DNA from: Crassostrea angulata
Lineage: Eukaryota
Reading direction: 5' to 3'
NCBI RefSeq assembly: GCF_025612915.1
Contig: NC_069115.1
Coordinates: 25,791,757 to 25,855,756 of the forward strand
DNA length: 64,000 nt
Shown: positions 24,901-38,127 of the stretch, in pieces
Layout: each line of letters opens with the position of its first letter
Position numbering within the stretch: the stretch's first letter is position 1
Made by a program: the position numbers and the translations under genes
The notes under the pieces: model-generated
What the model saw: only the letters and a program-made list of their open reading frames with translations
Database searches by the model: none
Told to the model about the DNA's origin: nothing

Positions 24901-25900
24901 AAAATGTTTCCCAAATAAATCACTTTTACATTTTCCCAATGATTTCTTGTACCTTTTTTCAGAAAGCACATCTACAGATTCTGGCATTGTTTTAGCTAAC
25001 ACTGCCTTACACCTATTAGTAATGAAAAGGAAATGGGCATTCCCTACAAACATAATCGCTCTTTGGACAAACTGAATAACATCAGAGGGGTCCATGCCCT
25101 TGCCTGTTTTGCTTATTCGCTCTGCCTCGCTCCTATAACAGAAAGTGGCCCTAAAGCATCTAAAATTCTCATCTGGGTATTTACTTTATTTTTCTCTAAC
25201 TTTCCATTCCATTTTTTACCCTTGAAAAATATTTTCTTGAAAAATATGTCCAAAGACAAGCCCTGAAGCTTTTTAGAATGAGGTATGGGACAAATCTTAG
25301 CAATAGCCTGTCTGTTCTTTTTGTTAATCCCTTTTGTTGCGTACGTAGTGACAAATTTCAGAATCTTTTTAGGGATTTTTGGCTTATAATTTGTGCTCTC
25401 AGAACATTAGAATAAATCAGAGTCCGAGTCAGACTCGGAACTAGAGCTTGAGGAGGAGCTAGAGGAGCTAGAACTAGAGGGACTTGAACTTGAGCTTGAA
25501 TCAGTTGATGTTTTGCTTTTCTTGCGTTTTCTAGAGCTTGAGCGTGTTCTAATAGAAACATCGCCGGACTTACTTTTTTCATTCCGAATTTGCTCTGACG
25601 ACCACTGCCGCCTTAAATCATCCTCTGTCTTATCAGCCACAGATACATGGTCTACTTCACATTGAGAGTCCTCTGACTCATCTACCTTTGTATTATCGCT
25701 CTCAACCGCCTCTGCGGGTGAGCTTTCTCTTTCGTCATGAGCCGGCGTAGCCTGTCCAGGCCCCGGCGAACGAAGTTGGGCATTAGCACTCCGAACACGT
25801 AAACATGTGTACACACTTGGCGAGCTGAATTGAAAGTCATCGATTGTATCTATCGAACGGTTAGGGTTTACCTGGGGCATGCGCATCAGGGGTTTCATAC
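21960..25900 (-). mobile_element. Degenerate DIRS-like (or LTR-type) retroelement 2, disrupted by a nested insertion at about 22641-23724
   Basis: RT motifs KLDLKDAY, LPFGIAIAPRVFT and FLGFTVNSETMTLSLPKEK at 23707-24334. RNase H motifs IVKSDASLRG and ELKAAFLAIHCF at 22086-22733. Gag-like and Ser-rich ORFs at 24619-25898. Multiple frameshifts. Confidence 0.55.
22641..23724. mobile_element. Nested non-autonomous element inside DIRS-like element 2. It carries a (GTCC)n microsatellite and has termini GGGCCCCGC and GCGGGGCCC.
   Basis: It interrupts the continuity of the RT and RNase H reading frames. The 9-bp GC-rich termini are inverted copies of each other. The (GTCC)n tract at 22681-22720 resembles the microsatellite module of the family A and family C elements. 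Confidence 0.35.
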
Positions 25901-26332
25901 CTGAGTGATTTTTATCTATTTATAGGTAGTCACACTTTAAAGAGCTGTATTTTTATTGTTGAATTGAAGGTCAATGCATTATTATATCTCACTACAATAT
26001 TTGAAATATAATTTAAAGTTATGTAAGAATATGTCTGTATTATTTACTAGATTGAAATGTCGTTTTTACATATTAGAGTTATACTCAAATGGAGTCAAAG
26101 TCAATGCCAAAGTTCTTTTTAGTGTCATTATTTCTTTGCAATTTGTACTAGCTGTTATATACCGAAGTTTGCAAGTACATTCTTAATGTCAATTTGATTA
26201 CTATAGATATTGATTTCAAATTAATGAAAAACCATTTGTAAAGTATTCTGTTTCTTGTGTTCAATTCTAAATTCAAAGTTTTAGGATTGGTGATGTTTAT
26301 ATGGTTTTAAAATCAAGCATTTATTTTTTTAC

Positions 26333-26436
26333 CTCAAGTGAGCTTTTCTGATTACATTTTGTGTGTCGTCCCTCTGTCTGTCTGTCCATCTGTCCATCTG
26401 TAAACTTTTCACATTTTCAACATCTTCTCAAGAACT

Positions 26437-26468
<32 letters not shown>

Positions 26469-26660
26469 TCATCCTTAGCCAAAGGGGTTTCAAAGTCAAA
26501 TTAAGGGCCACGCCATTTTTCAAGGGGAGATAATTAGACATAAATGAAAATTTTTGAGAAATATTAAAAAATCTTCTTCTCAAAAACCATTAAGCCAGGA
26601 AAGCTGAAACTTGTGTGGAAGCATCCTCAGGTAGTGTAGATTCAACGGTGTGAAAAAATT
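26333..26660 (+). mobile_element. Family A element: 5'-truncated head, (GTCY)n tract, one monomer
   Basis: acctcaagtgagcttttctgattac followed by ctgtctgtctgtccatctgtcc and the unit body. Confidence 0.5.
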
Positions 26661-28095
26661 AAAATCAACTCCCAAAAATAGCCTATTCTATACATCGTTC
26701 TGATGGAAAGTTGGTTCACGCATGCGCACATCCTGGCTATGATGCCTAGCTACATCATATAAAATATTATATTTATATTTTTAAGTGTCCTTTACTGTGA
26801 TAACCCAGCCCAATAATTTCATAAAAAACGAGCTACACAAAATCGGCGTGTCATACAGCATAATCGAAAAACAGTATTGGCTGCGCTGCGTAACAATACA
26901 TAGCATGTGTTATTCATTAAAAAAAACCAGTGGTTTTAGAATGTTGTTTTAAAGTGTAAAACATTACACCACCAAAGCAGGATATTATTTGTGAGAAAAG
27001 AAATTACCAAATTTGATACTGTGAGGCTGATTTGATCAGAGCTATGACTTTTGTCGATTAGGTGAGCAAAGTGGCCCTATGGCCTCTTGCGTTAATGTTG
27101 ACAGGCAAGAAATAATATCGAGAGAATATCCCCAACATTTCAATAAATTGCCTCTTATTCTTGGACAGTGACATATTTAAACCTTCCTGACTTCAAAACA
27201 AGGTGACATCATATAAGAAAATCAGTCAAAGCAAAGGACTCACAATGCGGTGGTTTGTTTGCATAACAGATACAAGAATTTGCGAATTTTTGAGAAGTAA
27301 AAATAGGAAAAGCATCTGTAGCATAATTTCTACGGGCAGTGAAGTATCACAATTGACCTTTTAATGCTGAGGGTAATGTAAATGCTGTAAAATTTGAGTT
27401 GTACATTCTTAGTTAAATTAATAAAACTTACAGCAATCTGTTTTCAAATCCTGTCTTGATTTTTGGTTTGTTTTTCATATAACAAAACAAATGATGATTG
27501 TGTTTTCAGACAACATAGCTCCCTTTGGACAAATATAGTACCCTCCACTAGGAGTTGGGCAAAATTTCATCTCTCGGGGGCTAATAAAATTAATATTGCC
27601 CTTGACGCCAGTCAATATTTGTATAATACATCATATCATATCACCAAATGCTTTTTTGTATCATTACTTGATATAATGTCATACAGTACAGTGTAATATT
27701 AACATATCATATGATAACAACTTTGAACCTTGAACGATTTTGTGTCAAACCACACTATATAATATTTTCATAAAGACTATCAACTATGATTTTCATATTG
27801 ATATGATAAAGTTGGTCTCATAACTGAAAGCCTGTCTTGGAGAATTCTGTAATCTTTGATTACCTACATGTATGTTTTATATTCTACAGTCAGTCTGATC
27901 ATCATGCATAAATTGAAACAGTATTCAATATAGTTATTCAACTTACCGGTAGTTTAAAAAAACTGATTCGACTTAGTTTTAAAAAAAAATGATGGTATAT
28001 GTCTAAAAGGTGAAATTGCATTTACATGCAAAAAGGTCAAATATACATGCATGATATCACTTTGTCTACAGTTACTGTACACAATGAAGAAATTT

Positions 28096-28177
28096 TTTTT
28101 TGCAGTATGACTTAAATGGAACAGAAGAAGAAAAAAGCAAGCTGTTTTCTGTCCCTGATTTTATTGGATTTGCTTGC
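28096..28177 (+). CDS. MVP: MVP exon. Encodes [27 protein letters not shown], corresponding to human [28 protein letters not shown]
   Basis: Acceptor tttttttgcag and donor GTAAAT. Exon ends in phase 1. Confidence 0.8.
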
Positions 28178-28429
28178 AAACGAATGGGTAAATATTAAAA
28201 GAAATAAACTATGTTGATGTAGTTGCATGATTGATACAGTTATTATTGGTAAGCCAATGCCATACATGTAACTAGCAGATTTACTATTTCAGTTAATGAA
28301 GGTCTCCCATCTTTTACAGAATGCTCTATTGTATTCAAATGGTTTCTTAATCAGATGTTCGGTCTCTTACATATTACTTTATTTTTTTGGCCTATTTTTT
28401 TTTTGCCAGGATTTTTAATAGATGGTTAA

Positions 28430-29100
28430 CAGATGGATGAAACATCAGGTTTGTTCAAATGAAGGGCCACGCCCTTTATTCCAGGGGAGAGGGTTAAGAA
28501 TTATTGAAAATTTGTTGGTATATTTCAAAAATCTTTTTCTCAAAAACCAGAAAAGACGAAACTTGTGTGGAAGCGTCCTCAGGAAGTGTAGATTCAAATT
28601 TTTTCAAATCATGATCCCCCATGGTAGGGTGGGGCCACAATTGGTGGTTAAATTTTCACATAGGAATACAAAGAGTTAATCTTTAGAAATTTTCTCAATA
28701 ACCAATCAGCCAGAAAAGCTGGTACTGGTGTGATAGCATTCTCACTTAATCATAATCCCTGTGGGTAGAGTTGGATAGGGTCATGTTTTTACATAAGATA
28801 CTATAGAGAGAACATTTTAAAATGTTTTTTACCGAAACCGGTTGGCCAGAAAAGCTTAAATTGTGTGGAAGCATCTTCAGTTAATATGGATTCAGTATAG
28901 ATTTATAGGTTCAAATCATGATCCTTGGGGTGGGGTGGGGTGGAGCCACAGTGTGTGTCAGATTACAATGGAATATATGTAGAGAAAACTCTTTAAAAAT
29001 TTGCTTCTTAGGAACCAGTTGGGCAGAAAAGCTGAACTTGTGTGGAAGCATTCTTAGGTAGGTTGGTTCAAATTTGTTCAATTCATGATTCCTCATGCAA
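28430..29100 (+). repeat. Degenerate family A array of about 4 monomers, with no head or tail
   Basis: Monomer consensus is recognisable, including ggtagggtggggccacaattgg. Confidence 0.7.
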
Positions 29101-29419
29101 TGTCAACCCATGCACGCACGGGTCAAAGTCTAGTTATATATGGAGAAAAATAATAAAATCTCTGGAACCATTTGCCTACAAGACTAATTATTAGCATTTG
29201 GATTTCAAGCAACTCTTGGAATAGGGGAATCTTAATTGTGAAATGTATGACGTTTTCTTTCCAAGGAACACATGGGCTTGACCAAATACGGTAAATATAT
29301 CATATTAGCGGTGTACAATATTTGGTGGAAATTAGTTTTTAGCTCACCAAAACAAAGTCAGGGGGAGCTTATGCTAAACCCCCCTGGCATTGGCGTCTAA
29401 ACCTAGTTAAAGTTTTTGG

Positions 29420-29990
29420 TGCAACTCCTATATCTAAGTTATTTATTTGTCCTATCTTCACCAAACTTGCATGGATGATGCATCTGAACCTACTTATGGA
29501 CTTGAAAGACTTGGATGCTGCATTTGGCCAATTAATTTGATAGCAATTTCTAATTAACTACTGGTCCTGACCTCACCAAACTTGCATGTATGGTGAGTCT
29601 TATTGTACGGATGCACCAAGCAGGTTTGAATGCTGAATCTGAGTTGTAGGTTTTGGATGCTGGAGGAGGTTAAGGTTTTCAGAGCTGGTAAAGTTTTTGG
29701 AGCAGGTGCCCTCTGCTGATTATATCTTTGTTATTACTGGTCCTAACTTCACCAAACTTGCGTAGATGGTGCATCTTATGATACTGATGCTCCTGACAGG
29801 CTTGAATGCTGAATATGAACCATAGGTTTTGGATGCTGGATGAGGTTAAGTATTTTATAGAACAGGTCACATGTTTTATGGATAATAGTACTATTTCAAA
29901 CTTGCAAAGTTGATATTTAATATCAATGAATCGCAGAGGTATCTTCAGATGCAGAGCTTGATATTTGTTGCCAAGGAAACTCCTACCTCA
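29420..29990 (+). repeat. Family F tandem repeat of about 3 units of roughly 185 bp
   Basis: Repeated ggtcctaacttcaccaaacttgc...gatgc.cc.gacaggcttgaatgctgaatctgag..taggttttggatgctgga.gaggttaaggtttt.agagctggtaaagtttttgga.caggtgccctctg.tgattatatct. Confidence 0.7.
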
Positions 29991-30295
29991 CTTAAACTTG
30001 CTTGATAGGTTTGTTTGTTGTTAAAGATTTAACATGATTCCAGTTATATACTAGTATTGTGTGATATGATACACTATTGTTTTATGTGATACAATATTAT
30101 ATCATATATTATATTTTCAAAAATTTTATGATAAGATATGATATTGTTTCAAATTCTTTGTATATCATACCAAGCAGTGGTATTTATCTAAGTAAGGGAA
30201 CGTAACCTACGCAACAGTTGTGTATTCAGAACAATAGCATGCTTTATTATCCCTTCGCACAACTTGTTGCGAAGGGGATATAAAATCGCTACCGT

Positions 30296-30352
30296 GCGTG
30301 TGTGTGTTCGTATGTGTGTGTGTATGTATGTATGTGTGTATGTGCACTCCAT
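30296..30352. repeat. Imperfect (GT)n and (GTAT)n microsatellite
   Basis: Visible directly in the sequence. Confidence 0.9.
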
Positions 30353-31319
30353 TTCAATTTTCTAGTAAATTAATAAAAAACCTTCCAATAGAATTTCCTC
30401 AACCTTTGCACAAATATATGTCTCATTGTAAAAGATTAAAACAAATGCAATGTCATATTAATTGGTCAAATTTTTATGCAAAAACTTAGATAAACTTACA
30501 CCATTGTAGATGGGGGGGGGGGGGGGGGGCATTACATTATGACAAAATTCGTTCAAAACTAAAAAATATTTATCATAGATTGCACACTTCTGTAAAATAA
30601 CAAATTAAAAATGCATGTGCCTTTCCAAACCATTAATTCTATTACAATTATTATTTCATTAAATCATTGTCATAATCAATTTTGTATACGAGTTATCAAT
30701 CGAAATTTCTGAGTAAGAGGTATCAATCTTCCGCTTCACTTCTTTGAAACCAAAGTGAAAGTAAGCAGTTCAAATCAACAACTTAATATTTTTTGGATTT
30801 AGATCTAGTACAGGTAAAGAAAATGTAGTTTTTGCAGTAATGGAGGGTTAGTAGAATGTGGTCTTCTCATTAACATAACAATATATTGCTAAATAATGCA
30901 TCCCTACACACAATAAGTCATGTCGCGAGGGGATGCTCCGCTTAGCGGTGCCCTTGTTTGATATCAATCAATGTTTAAATTATGGAGGGTATAGAGAAGG
31001 ATAGATGCCTGCTGGAACACAAGACTACTCTAAGAAAACCATATTTTTGAAAGTAAAAATTAAAAGTGGTTGAATGAATTGAAGCGTATAAATGTCCTTA
31101 TTATCGCTAACAGTAAAGACTTTGATGAATTGAATCTGACAGGAAACTTACGAAATTCAAGTGAAAAAACTTGACTTATTACAATATTGTCAAATAATGA
31201 AAATGTGTAAGATTTTATATTATTTTCCTTTTATTTTCACAGTCTTGGGAAATAAACTATATGCATTGAAATCATGTTTACAATGTCTTTGACTAAAATT
31301 GTAAAATTTACTGCCCATA

Positions 31320-31835
31320 AAGCATGGTTTGAAGCTTTTTATGCCCCATTCGAAGGAGAGGGAGAGCATATTGCTTTGCTGCTGTCCTTCTGTCTGTCTA
31401 TCAGTCTGCCGGTCGGTTGCTCCACCAATAGTTGCCGTTTATTTTCTTTGCAGAGGCTGCACATATTAAAATGAAATTTGATATACAGATTTATCATAGT
31501 TTTTTCTAGGTCAAGATCAATTTTGGTTACAATCGAGCAATTTTCGACAGATTATAGCCCCTTTGACTTCCAAATTTTTGCAGTTTCCTTCATTTTCTTC
31601 TTGAACGTTTCCAAGGGGATTGGGGGGGGGGGGGTATAAGTGTTTCACAAACATCTTTTGTTATTTGTTTGTGGGGTGGGACAAACAGGGGGGTTACAGT
31701 CAAAGTAGTCTTGGATTAGACTCCAAAATGAAGTTAGAAATACAAACATTGGACTTTCTGACAGGTCCATCTTAGGGCTATGATACTCAGGTGACCCGTC
31801 AAGGCCATCGGGCCTCTTGTGTAAACAAATTATTT
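31320..31835 (+). mobile_element. Family C non-autonomous element with a different head, a (GTCT)n-like tract and a shared hairpin 3' end
   Basis: tttatgccccattcgaaggagagggagagcatattgc...ctgtccttctgtctgtctatcagtctgcc ... ctcaggtgacccgtcaaggccatcgggcctcttgtg. Confidence 0.5.
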
Positions 31836-31920
31836 CTTCTACTCCAAAACCACTGAGCCTATTTACAAAATTCACACAAAGAATTATTGAGTGAAGATGA
31901 TTCAAGTTTGTTAAGTTAAG

Positions 31921-34900
31921 GAGAAAGCTCTCTGTAAAGCCCCTTTCACAATTGGCGCACGACCACTTTACACCACTTTGCGATTGAAATTTTTGAGCTT
32001 CGCATACGTTGCATGTGCCCTCGCTTACGTTGCATGAGATCTCGCATTCTTTACATATGTTTTTACTGGTCGCATCAAGCATGCACACTATTCAGACGCG
32101 ACCGAACGTGATCCAAATTATTGCAGTGCAATGCACGAACATTAGTACGAACATTTTACAACATTTTGTGCACTTGCAAGAGTAATACACGATTTATAAA
32201 GATCGTTAGATAAATCGCTGGTGTTTATGGGTCTGTTTTGCGACCATGAGACTGTTGCTCAACGTGTCTCATGTAATCTTGCAACGTTTTACTATCATTG
32301 CACGACTTATCAGCCTCAATATGCCATTCTTTGCTACTAGTATATATACCCTGTATAAGTATCTCTGTTTCAGAACAAAAGGACTATATATATGGTTTGA
32401 GCCTAAAATGGCCCTCTAAAATGAACATTGACATTTTACTGCAATTCTTTGTTTTATTTGTACAAAATTACATTTGAAGTTTTTTCATAATTTTTATTTT
32501 GATTTTAGTGCCCACAATTTAAAATTATGACATCACAAAGTTTACCTTTTCCCGCCATTTTCTCATTTTTAGCATAAAACGGATTGTTTTGAAGCAGTTT
32601 TTCTTCAAGGAAACATTGAGCGACTGCTTGAACAAACAAAATATTTTCACCAAAAATGTATTTTTCCAATACTTATAAGTGACAAAAAGTTTGTTCTTGT
32701 TCAAAGAGTCGCTCTATATTTTCCATTCGAAAAAAGGTAATAAAAATGTCAAATTTTGATTGATTTATAAAAATAGCGTCACTTCTGACGTCATATACTG
32801 CCAGTGAGTGCTAATAATTCAAATTAATAGGTGAAAAACATATTTCATGTCAACTCTTTTACAAGAAAACACAACAAATTAATGTACCTGAATCATTGTA
32901 AAAATAACGAATTATGGGGGCCAAATTTGACTTATATCATATATAGTTCTTTACAATATACATTTATTGCATGATGGTGAGGGAAATACATGTATGAAGA
33001 TTTCTTTTGTACTTGCACTTAACAAGAGCAATAAAAAATTTATTTTTTGCATTTGCGCTCTTGCATTACAGAAAGTCACTCCCACACAATCTGCAATATT
33101 CAACATCAAACACATCTGAAAACTTCTGAAGTTTTCATTTGACAAGCAGCTTGTCATATATGCTCAAGAGCACATTACCATTATACCGGTATACTCAATA
33201 AGAACCTTATCAAGTACTGATTACCACAACCATACACTTTAAGCTTTCCCGTGCAAAGTTTGAACGCCAGAATGAATACATATCGAACACGACTTACCTA
33301 CAAAACCTTAAGTCCCGCCCCTATCTCTTATTGGCGTTTCCACAAAAGAAAATAATTTTATTCTAATTCACCGAGTTCAACTGAAATAAATTATATTTCT
33401 TTAGTACTTGCACTTAACAAGAGCAATAAACACCAAAAACAAAATACAATATTTATTTTTTGCATTTGCGTTCTTGAATTACAGAACGAAAGAAAGGATA
33501 ATTACGAAAACATTATACTCATAAGCCTAATCTAAGTGAAACCAGTAATCTAGAATCCAGCATATCTCTGATGTAACCATCCTTCTCGTACTCCGATCTC
33601 CATCTCTCATGTCTCTTAAACATTTTATCTATCTGGCACGCCAGAATTTGCACAAACTGTTGCGCCACCTGCTCTTAAAATATGCAACCCAAACTTTGAT
33701 ATATCTGGGACAATAGATTTAAAAGCCTCAATAAACAATTTCCGCATTCTAAACATGCCAAAGGTTTGTTTACCTTTCTAATCTGATAACCCGACTTTGT
33801 TTTATTAATATTACAATAAATAAACTGCAAACCATCATTAGTAAATCCACACCATGCCAAGTACATGAACTTTTCCAAATTTTTGACAGGACTTATAATT
33901 CAGTCTGTGTCCTAGCAATTACCACATGTTGACCGTCTTTTCTCTATGAAAATAGCCATGTTAGTTTTGTTTGTTTGGTTTTTTTTTCAAAACAAACATC
34001 TGAACATCTGATGTTCAAAAACTCGCTACAATGTAAAAAGCCAGAGTATATGCAACCAAGCATGCACATATTGTTCTTTGATAATATATGTTTTAACTTT
34101 AAACAAACTTACAATGCATTTTCCGCAACATATTGAATTTATAGATTATTTTTCGTTATCTGTACAGACAAACGTCTTTTCCCTGCCTCATAAACATTCT
34201 TCACCAATTCCGAATCCGTCAGAGATGAAATACCAATAACGGAATATGCCCAGTGAATTCCATAAACAGCTGAAGATAACACACTCACTGAAACTACTTC
34301 CTGAATTAAACTTGCTAAAATCACAAATCACCAAGAGCTTCTTAGTAGACATTTTTATCGTAAATGCCATTCTTCTCCAACCACTTTACCCACTTCATGT
34401 AACTTCGGTAGTAACCTTTAGTTGTTGAACTTGCTCGACATTCTGTTAATAGTTCTGGAATTCTCTCTATATTCTCTTTTACAGATTCCGGAAGAATGGC
34501 TACACCATTTTCATATGCCTGGGAAAATACATGTAAAATAAACACACAATTAGCACGTTATTTTAGATAAATTCAATTTTCAAACATGAAATTGAAAATT
34601 TTAAATCAACGTTCCCAAACATTGAATCATAGCTTTTACTACACGTATAAAATTCTTTCTGTGTTGCGGTAGATAAACAACACCCTTAACAAATTGATAA
34701 AAATGTGTACTACCATCTGGACACAACAATGGCCAAAAACTTGCTGATTCCCACTTAAGTACCACTAAAGCACCACATACTTAATCTTCTGACATTTTAG
34801 CCAACACACTACACACAAAATAAATAGGTGGATAAAACCACCCCTTTTATTTGCCCAAGTCTCTGTAAAAGCGTCAATTCATGAACATTTCATATTCCAG

Positions 34901-36722
34901 TATCTTGAATAAAACTTATCTAATTTGTGATTACTATCACAAGCAAACCAATCAGTCTCAAAGTCTCAAATGGTCCCCATAATTCACTTATATCTTTGAA
35001 AATTTATAACGACACGCCCCAATCATCAGAATCTCTAAATTGACTAATGAAATCTGCCTTTTCATTAAGAGACCTAGGAATCCACTCCATCTCCAAATGA
35101 ATACCATTAAATAAACAATGCCTGTAAATATTCAAAGAAATATTTTGCAGATCATCTTTCATGCTACCGTTGAAAATAATACTGACTAGTATGTTCTTAT
35201 TATCAGTAAACTATTTGACCCGTTTTTCTTCAACTTCGTGATTTAAGGAAATCAAAACTCTCTGAATCGCAACCAACTCTCTCTAAGTTGAACTTTTCTC
35301 CATCTCCTCTGGACTCCACATTCCATGAGAAATTCCATGCTAAGAATTAACAACATAACCACCAAAAGCATATCCAGTAGCAATAGAAAATACATGTACA
35401 AACCTAACACATGATAGTTGAAACATCAACTGCCTGATATTGATAAAATAAATGTTATCTAACCAAAACTGAATTTGCTCACAACTTTCATGTGACCAAA
35501 CTACATAATCATTCCATGACCTTAAACTTAATATGTTAATACTCAAACACCTGGTCATGACTAACGGAGCCCAAAACTATAGACATTGAAATTATCTAAC
35601 GAATTCCATAATTTCCTCTTTTTGAAACTCTAACTCTGCAAGTTTGATATTAAGGGCTAGCTCCTCCATGCCGAAGTTCTACTCAGTCACTTGGAGCAAC
35701 TTTCCCGTGCAAAGTTTGAACGCCAGAATGAATACATATCGAACACAACTTACCTATAAAACCTTAAGCCCCGCCCCTATCTCTTATTGGCGTTTCCACA
35801 AAAGAAAATAATTTTATTTTAATTCACCGAGTTCAACCGAAATAAATTATATTTATTCCCTCAAGAAAAAGCATATCCTGAGGGCTTCGCCCGAGAGAAT
35901 TTTTTTTTTTTCAGGGGAATAAATCTTCATATTCCCTGAACATTAATGCAATAAACGTTTTATTATACCAAGCAACATATGATTACACAAAATACATTGA
36001 TTTCTAATAATGTTTGACTTTTCAACAGTCGCAACATTAACGTCGAGATTGTTTGATTTCCCATGTAACTGTCTCACTTTTCTTTCATAAATCATAAATA
36101 GTTAAGTTGGTTCTGAGATATAAAAAGAATCATAATGAATATAATATATTTACAATTTTATATTAATGTAAAATATTTTGATTTAATCATATTTGTCTAC
36201 ATCATATGCTCATGTCGGCTTTTTCATTCCTATTACATCGTCTTGTCGCGTGACTTTCTAAGACCAATCAGATATAATAGAATAATCATATTGAGGTATA
36301 ATAATAAATGCTGCTGCATATCTGTATCTTCTTGGGCGGCATCTTTTCTCGCTTTCAACTATGTCTACTGAATATGGGCGCTGTTTATACCCCCTCTGAC
36401 TCACAGGATCATTCGTACCATGGAACGCATAATCGCATGTCCAGTCACATTAGCGCACGTTCAATCGTCCGATCACTTAGTCTCTCGTGCGTTCATATTG
36501 AATTGTCTTTCAACAGTTGCTTTCATTGTACAACAGTCGCATACAGACGCAAGATATATCGCAAGATTCAATGCGTTTACATCGCACAACGCTCGCTTAG
36601 ATCGTGCGAAATTCATACAAATTTTTTTTTTCACATGCGATTATTTCGGAAACAATTGACAATTCATATCTATTTTTTTTGGTCACACGAATATTTGGTC
36701 GCTTCCGCTCGTGCGCCAATTG
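31921..36722. mobile_element. Unit of about 4.8 kb bounded by 27 bp terminal inverted repeats AAGCCCCTTTCACAATTGGCGCACGA. It is possibly a degenerate DNA transposon. Its interior contains family D repeats and a tyrosine-recombinase N-terminal-like ORF.
   Basis: 31921-31947 equals the reverse complement of 36696-36722. Flanks gtaaag and ttaaag suggest a 5-6 bp target-site duplication. Confidence 0.4.
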
Positions 36723-36726
36723 TGAA

Positions 36727-37450
36727 AGGGGCTTAAAGGGGAGATATTTTAGAATTATTGAAAATTTGTATGTATGTTAAAAAAAGTATCGAAAACATTT
36801 TTTGTTTAGAAATGTTGAAACTTGTGTGGAAGAATCTGAGGGTACTGTAGATTTAAGTTTGTTAAAGTCATGATCCTTTGGGGTAAGTTGGGGCTGCAAT
36901 GGGGGTCATATGTTTATTTAGGAACTTATAAAAACTTTTCCTCAAAGGCTAATTTGCCAGAAAAAGTTTTAATTTTGTGAAAACATCCTCTACAGGTAGT
37001 GTAGATTCAAGTTTGTTCAAATCATAATCCCCATGGGTAGGGTGGGGCTACAATGTGGGGGGGGGGGGGTCAATTTCTATATACTATTAGGACTAAATAT
37101 AGAGAAAAATCTTCTCAAAAGCCATTTAGCCAAAGAAGCTTTAACTGGTTTGAATGCATCCTCCGGTAATGTAGATTCACATTTGTTCAAAGCATGATCT
37201 CCTGGGATAGGGTGGGGCCACAATAGGGGTTTGAATTTTTACATAGGAATATATGGAAAACAATCTAACAAAATATTCACAAAAACGGAAAAGATTTAAC
37301 TATGTGGAAGCACCCTCAGGAAGTGTAGATTTAAGTTTGTTATAATTATGATCTCGGATATAGGGTCAGGCCGCACTGGAAAATGGGGGAGGGGGAGGGG
37401 GTCAAATTATTACATAGGAGTATAAAGAGAAAATCTTTTCTGAAAAATCA
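36727..37450 (+). repeat. Family A array of about 4 monomers, directly abutting the right TIR of the 4.8 kb element
   Basis: Monomer consensus present. G-run at 37064-37078. Confidence 0.7.
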
Positions 37451-37537
37451 TTCAGCCAGAAAGTCAAATGATTTGCAGCCGTACTTTTGATGTTTTATTT
37501 TTTTGGTTAATAGTTTACAAAACATTTCTACTTTCAG

Positions 37538-37680
37538 GAGCTAGGATCCGAGCTGCTGTAGCTCAGGTAATGTTTGATGATTTCCATAGACATTCCAACC
37601 AAATACTTATCACTGCAGTGTTTGGCATGAATGAAAAAGGTCAAATAAACAAGGAGGTCAGATTCAAGGAAAATAACCTG
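37538..37680 (+). CDS. MVP: MVP exon. Encodes GARIRAAVAQVMFDDFHRHSNQILITAVFGMNEKGQINKEVRFKENNL, corresponding to human [28 protein letters not shown]
   Basis: Acceptor ctactttcag and donor GTATGT. Phase is consistent with the 28177 exon. Confidence 0.85.
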
Positions 37681-37934
37681 GTATGTAACCTCAAGCTCCC
37701 TCATAACAAAGTTGTAAAGTAATGCAAATCATTAAAGAATAACACAGTTTGATGTATTAATATTATATCAAAGACTGAACAATCCTCTTATGATTTCTTA
37801 TGCAGTTTAATAAATAAGTGCAAGGTACAAACAGACTTATCTAAAAAAAATAATTATACCCACACTTTCTAAAGAAAATTCAGGTACCGGTATATTGTTG
37901 TTATCCTTTTCTGTCCCTCCGTTCATCACCTTAT

Positions 37935-37950
37935 TAGCTCACCTGAGCCA

Positions 37951-37982
<32 letters not shown>

Positions 37983-38089
37983 GTCCGTTGTCTGTCGTCG
38001 TTGTCGTTGTAAACTTTTCACATTTTAATCTTCTTCTCAAGAACCACTGGGCAGATTTCAACCAAATTTGGCATAAAGCACCACTAGGT

Positions 38090-38127
<38 letters not shown>

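Noticed and set aside
31645-32088. Cys-rich ORF (CKECEISCNVSEGTCNVCEAQK...WSCANCERG) as a zinc-finger gene
   Set aside because: The ORF runs across the left TIR boundary of the 4.8 kb element and across family C repeat sequence. Its Cys pattern comes from TGC-rich and GCA-rich repeat DNA and matches no recognisable domain.
34139-34545. Crypton or tyrosine-recombinase gene
   Set aside because: Only a roughly 20-aa N-terminal-like motif (TTKGYYRSYMKWVKW) is present. No catalytic R-K-H-R-H/W-Y region could be found downstream. It is kept only as a note inside the 4.8 kb TIR unit.
36308-36736. 142-aa ORF as a host gene
   Set aside because: It lies within the right terminal region of the 4.8 kb inverted-repeat unit, has low complexity, and shows no conserved motifs.
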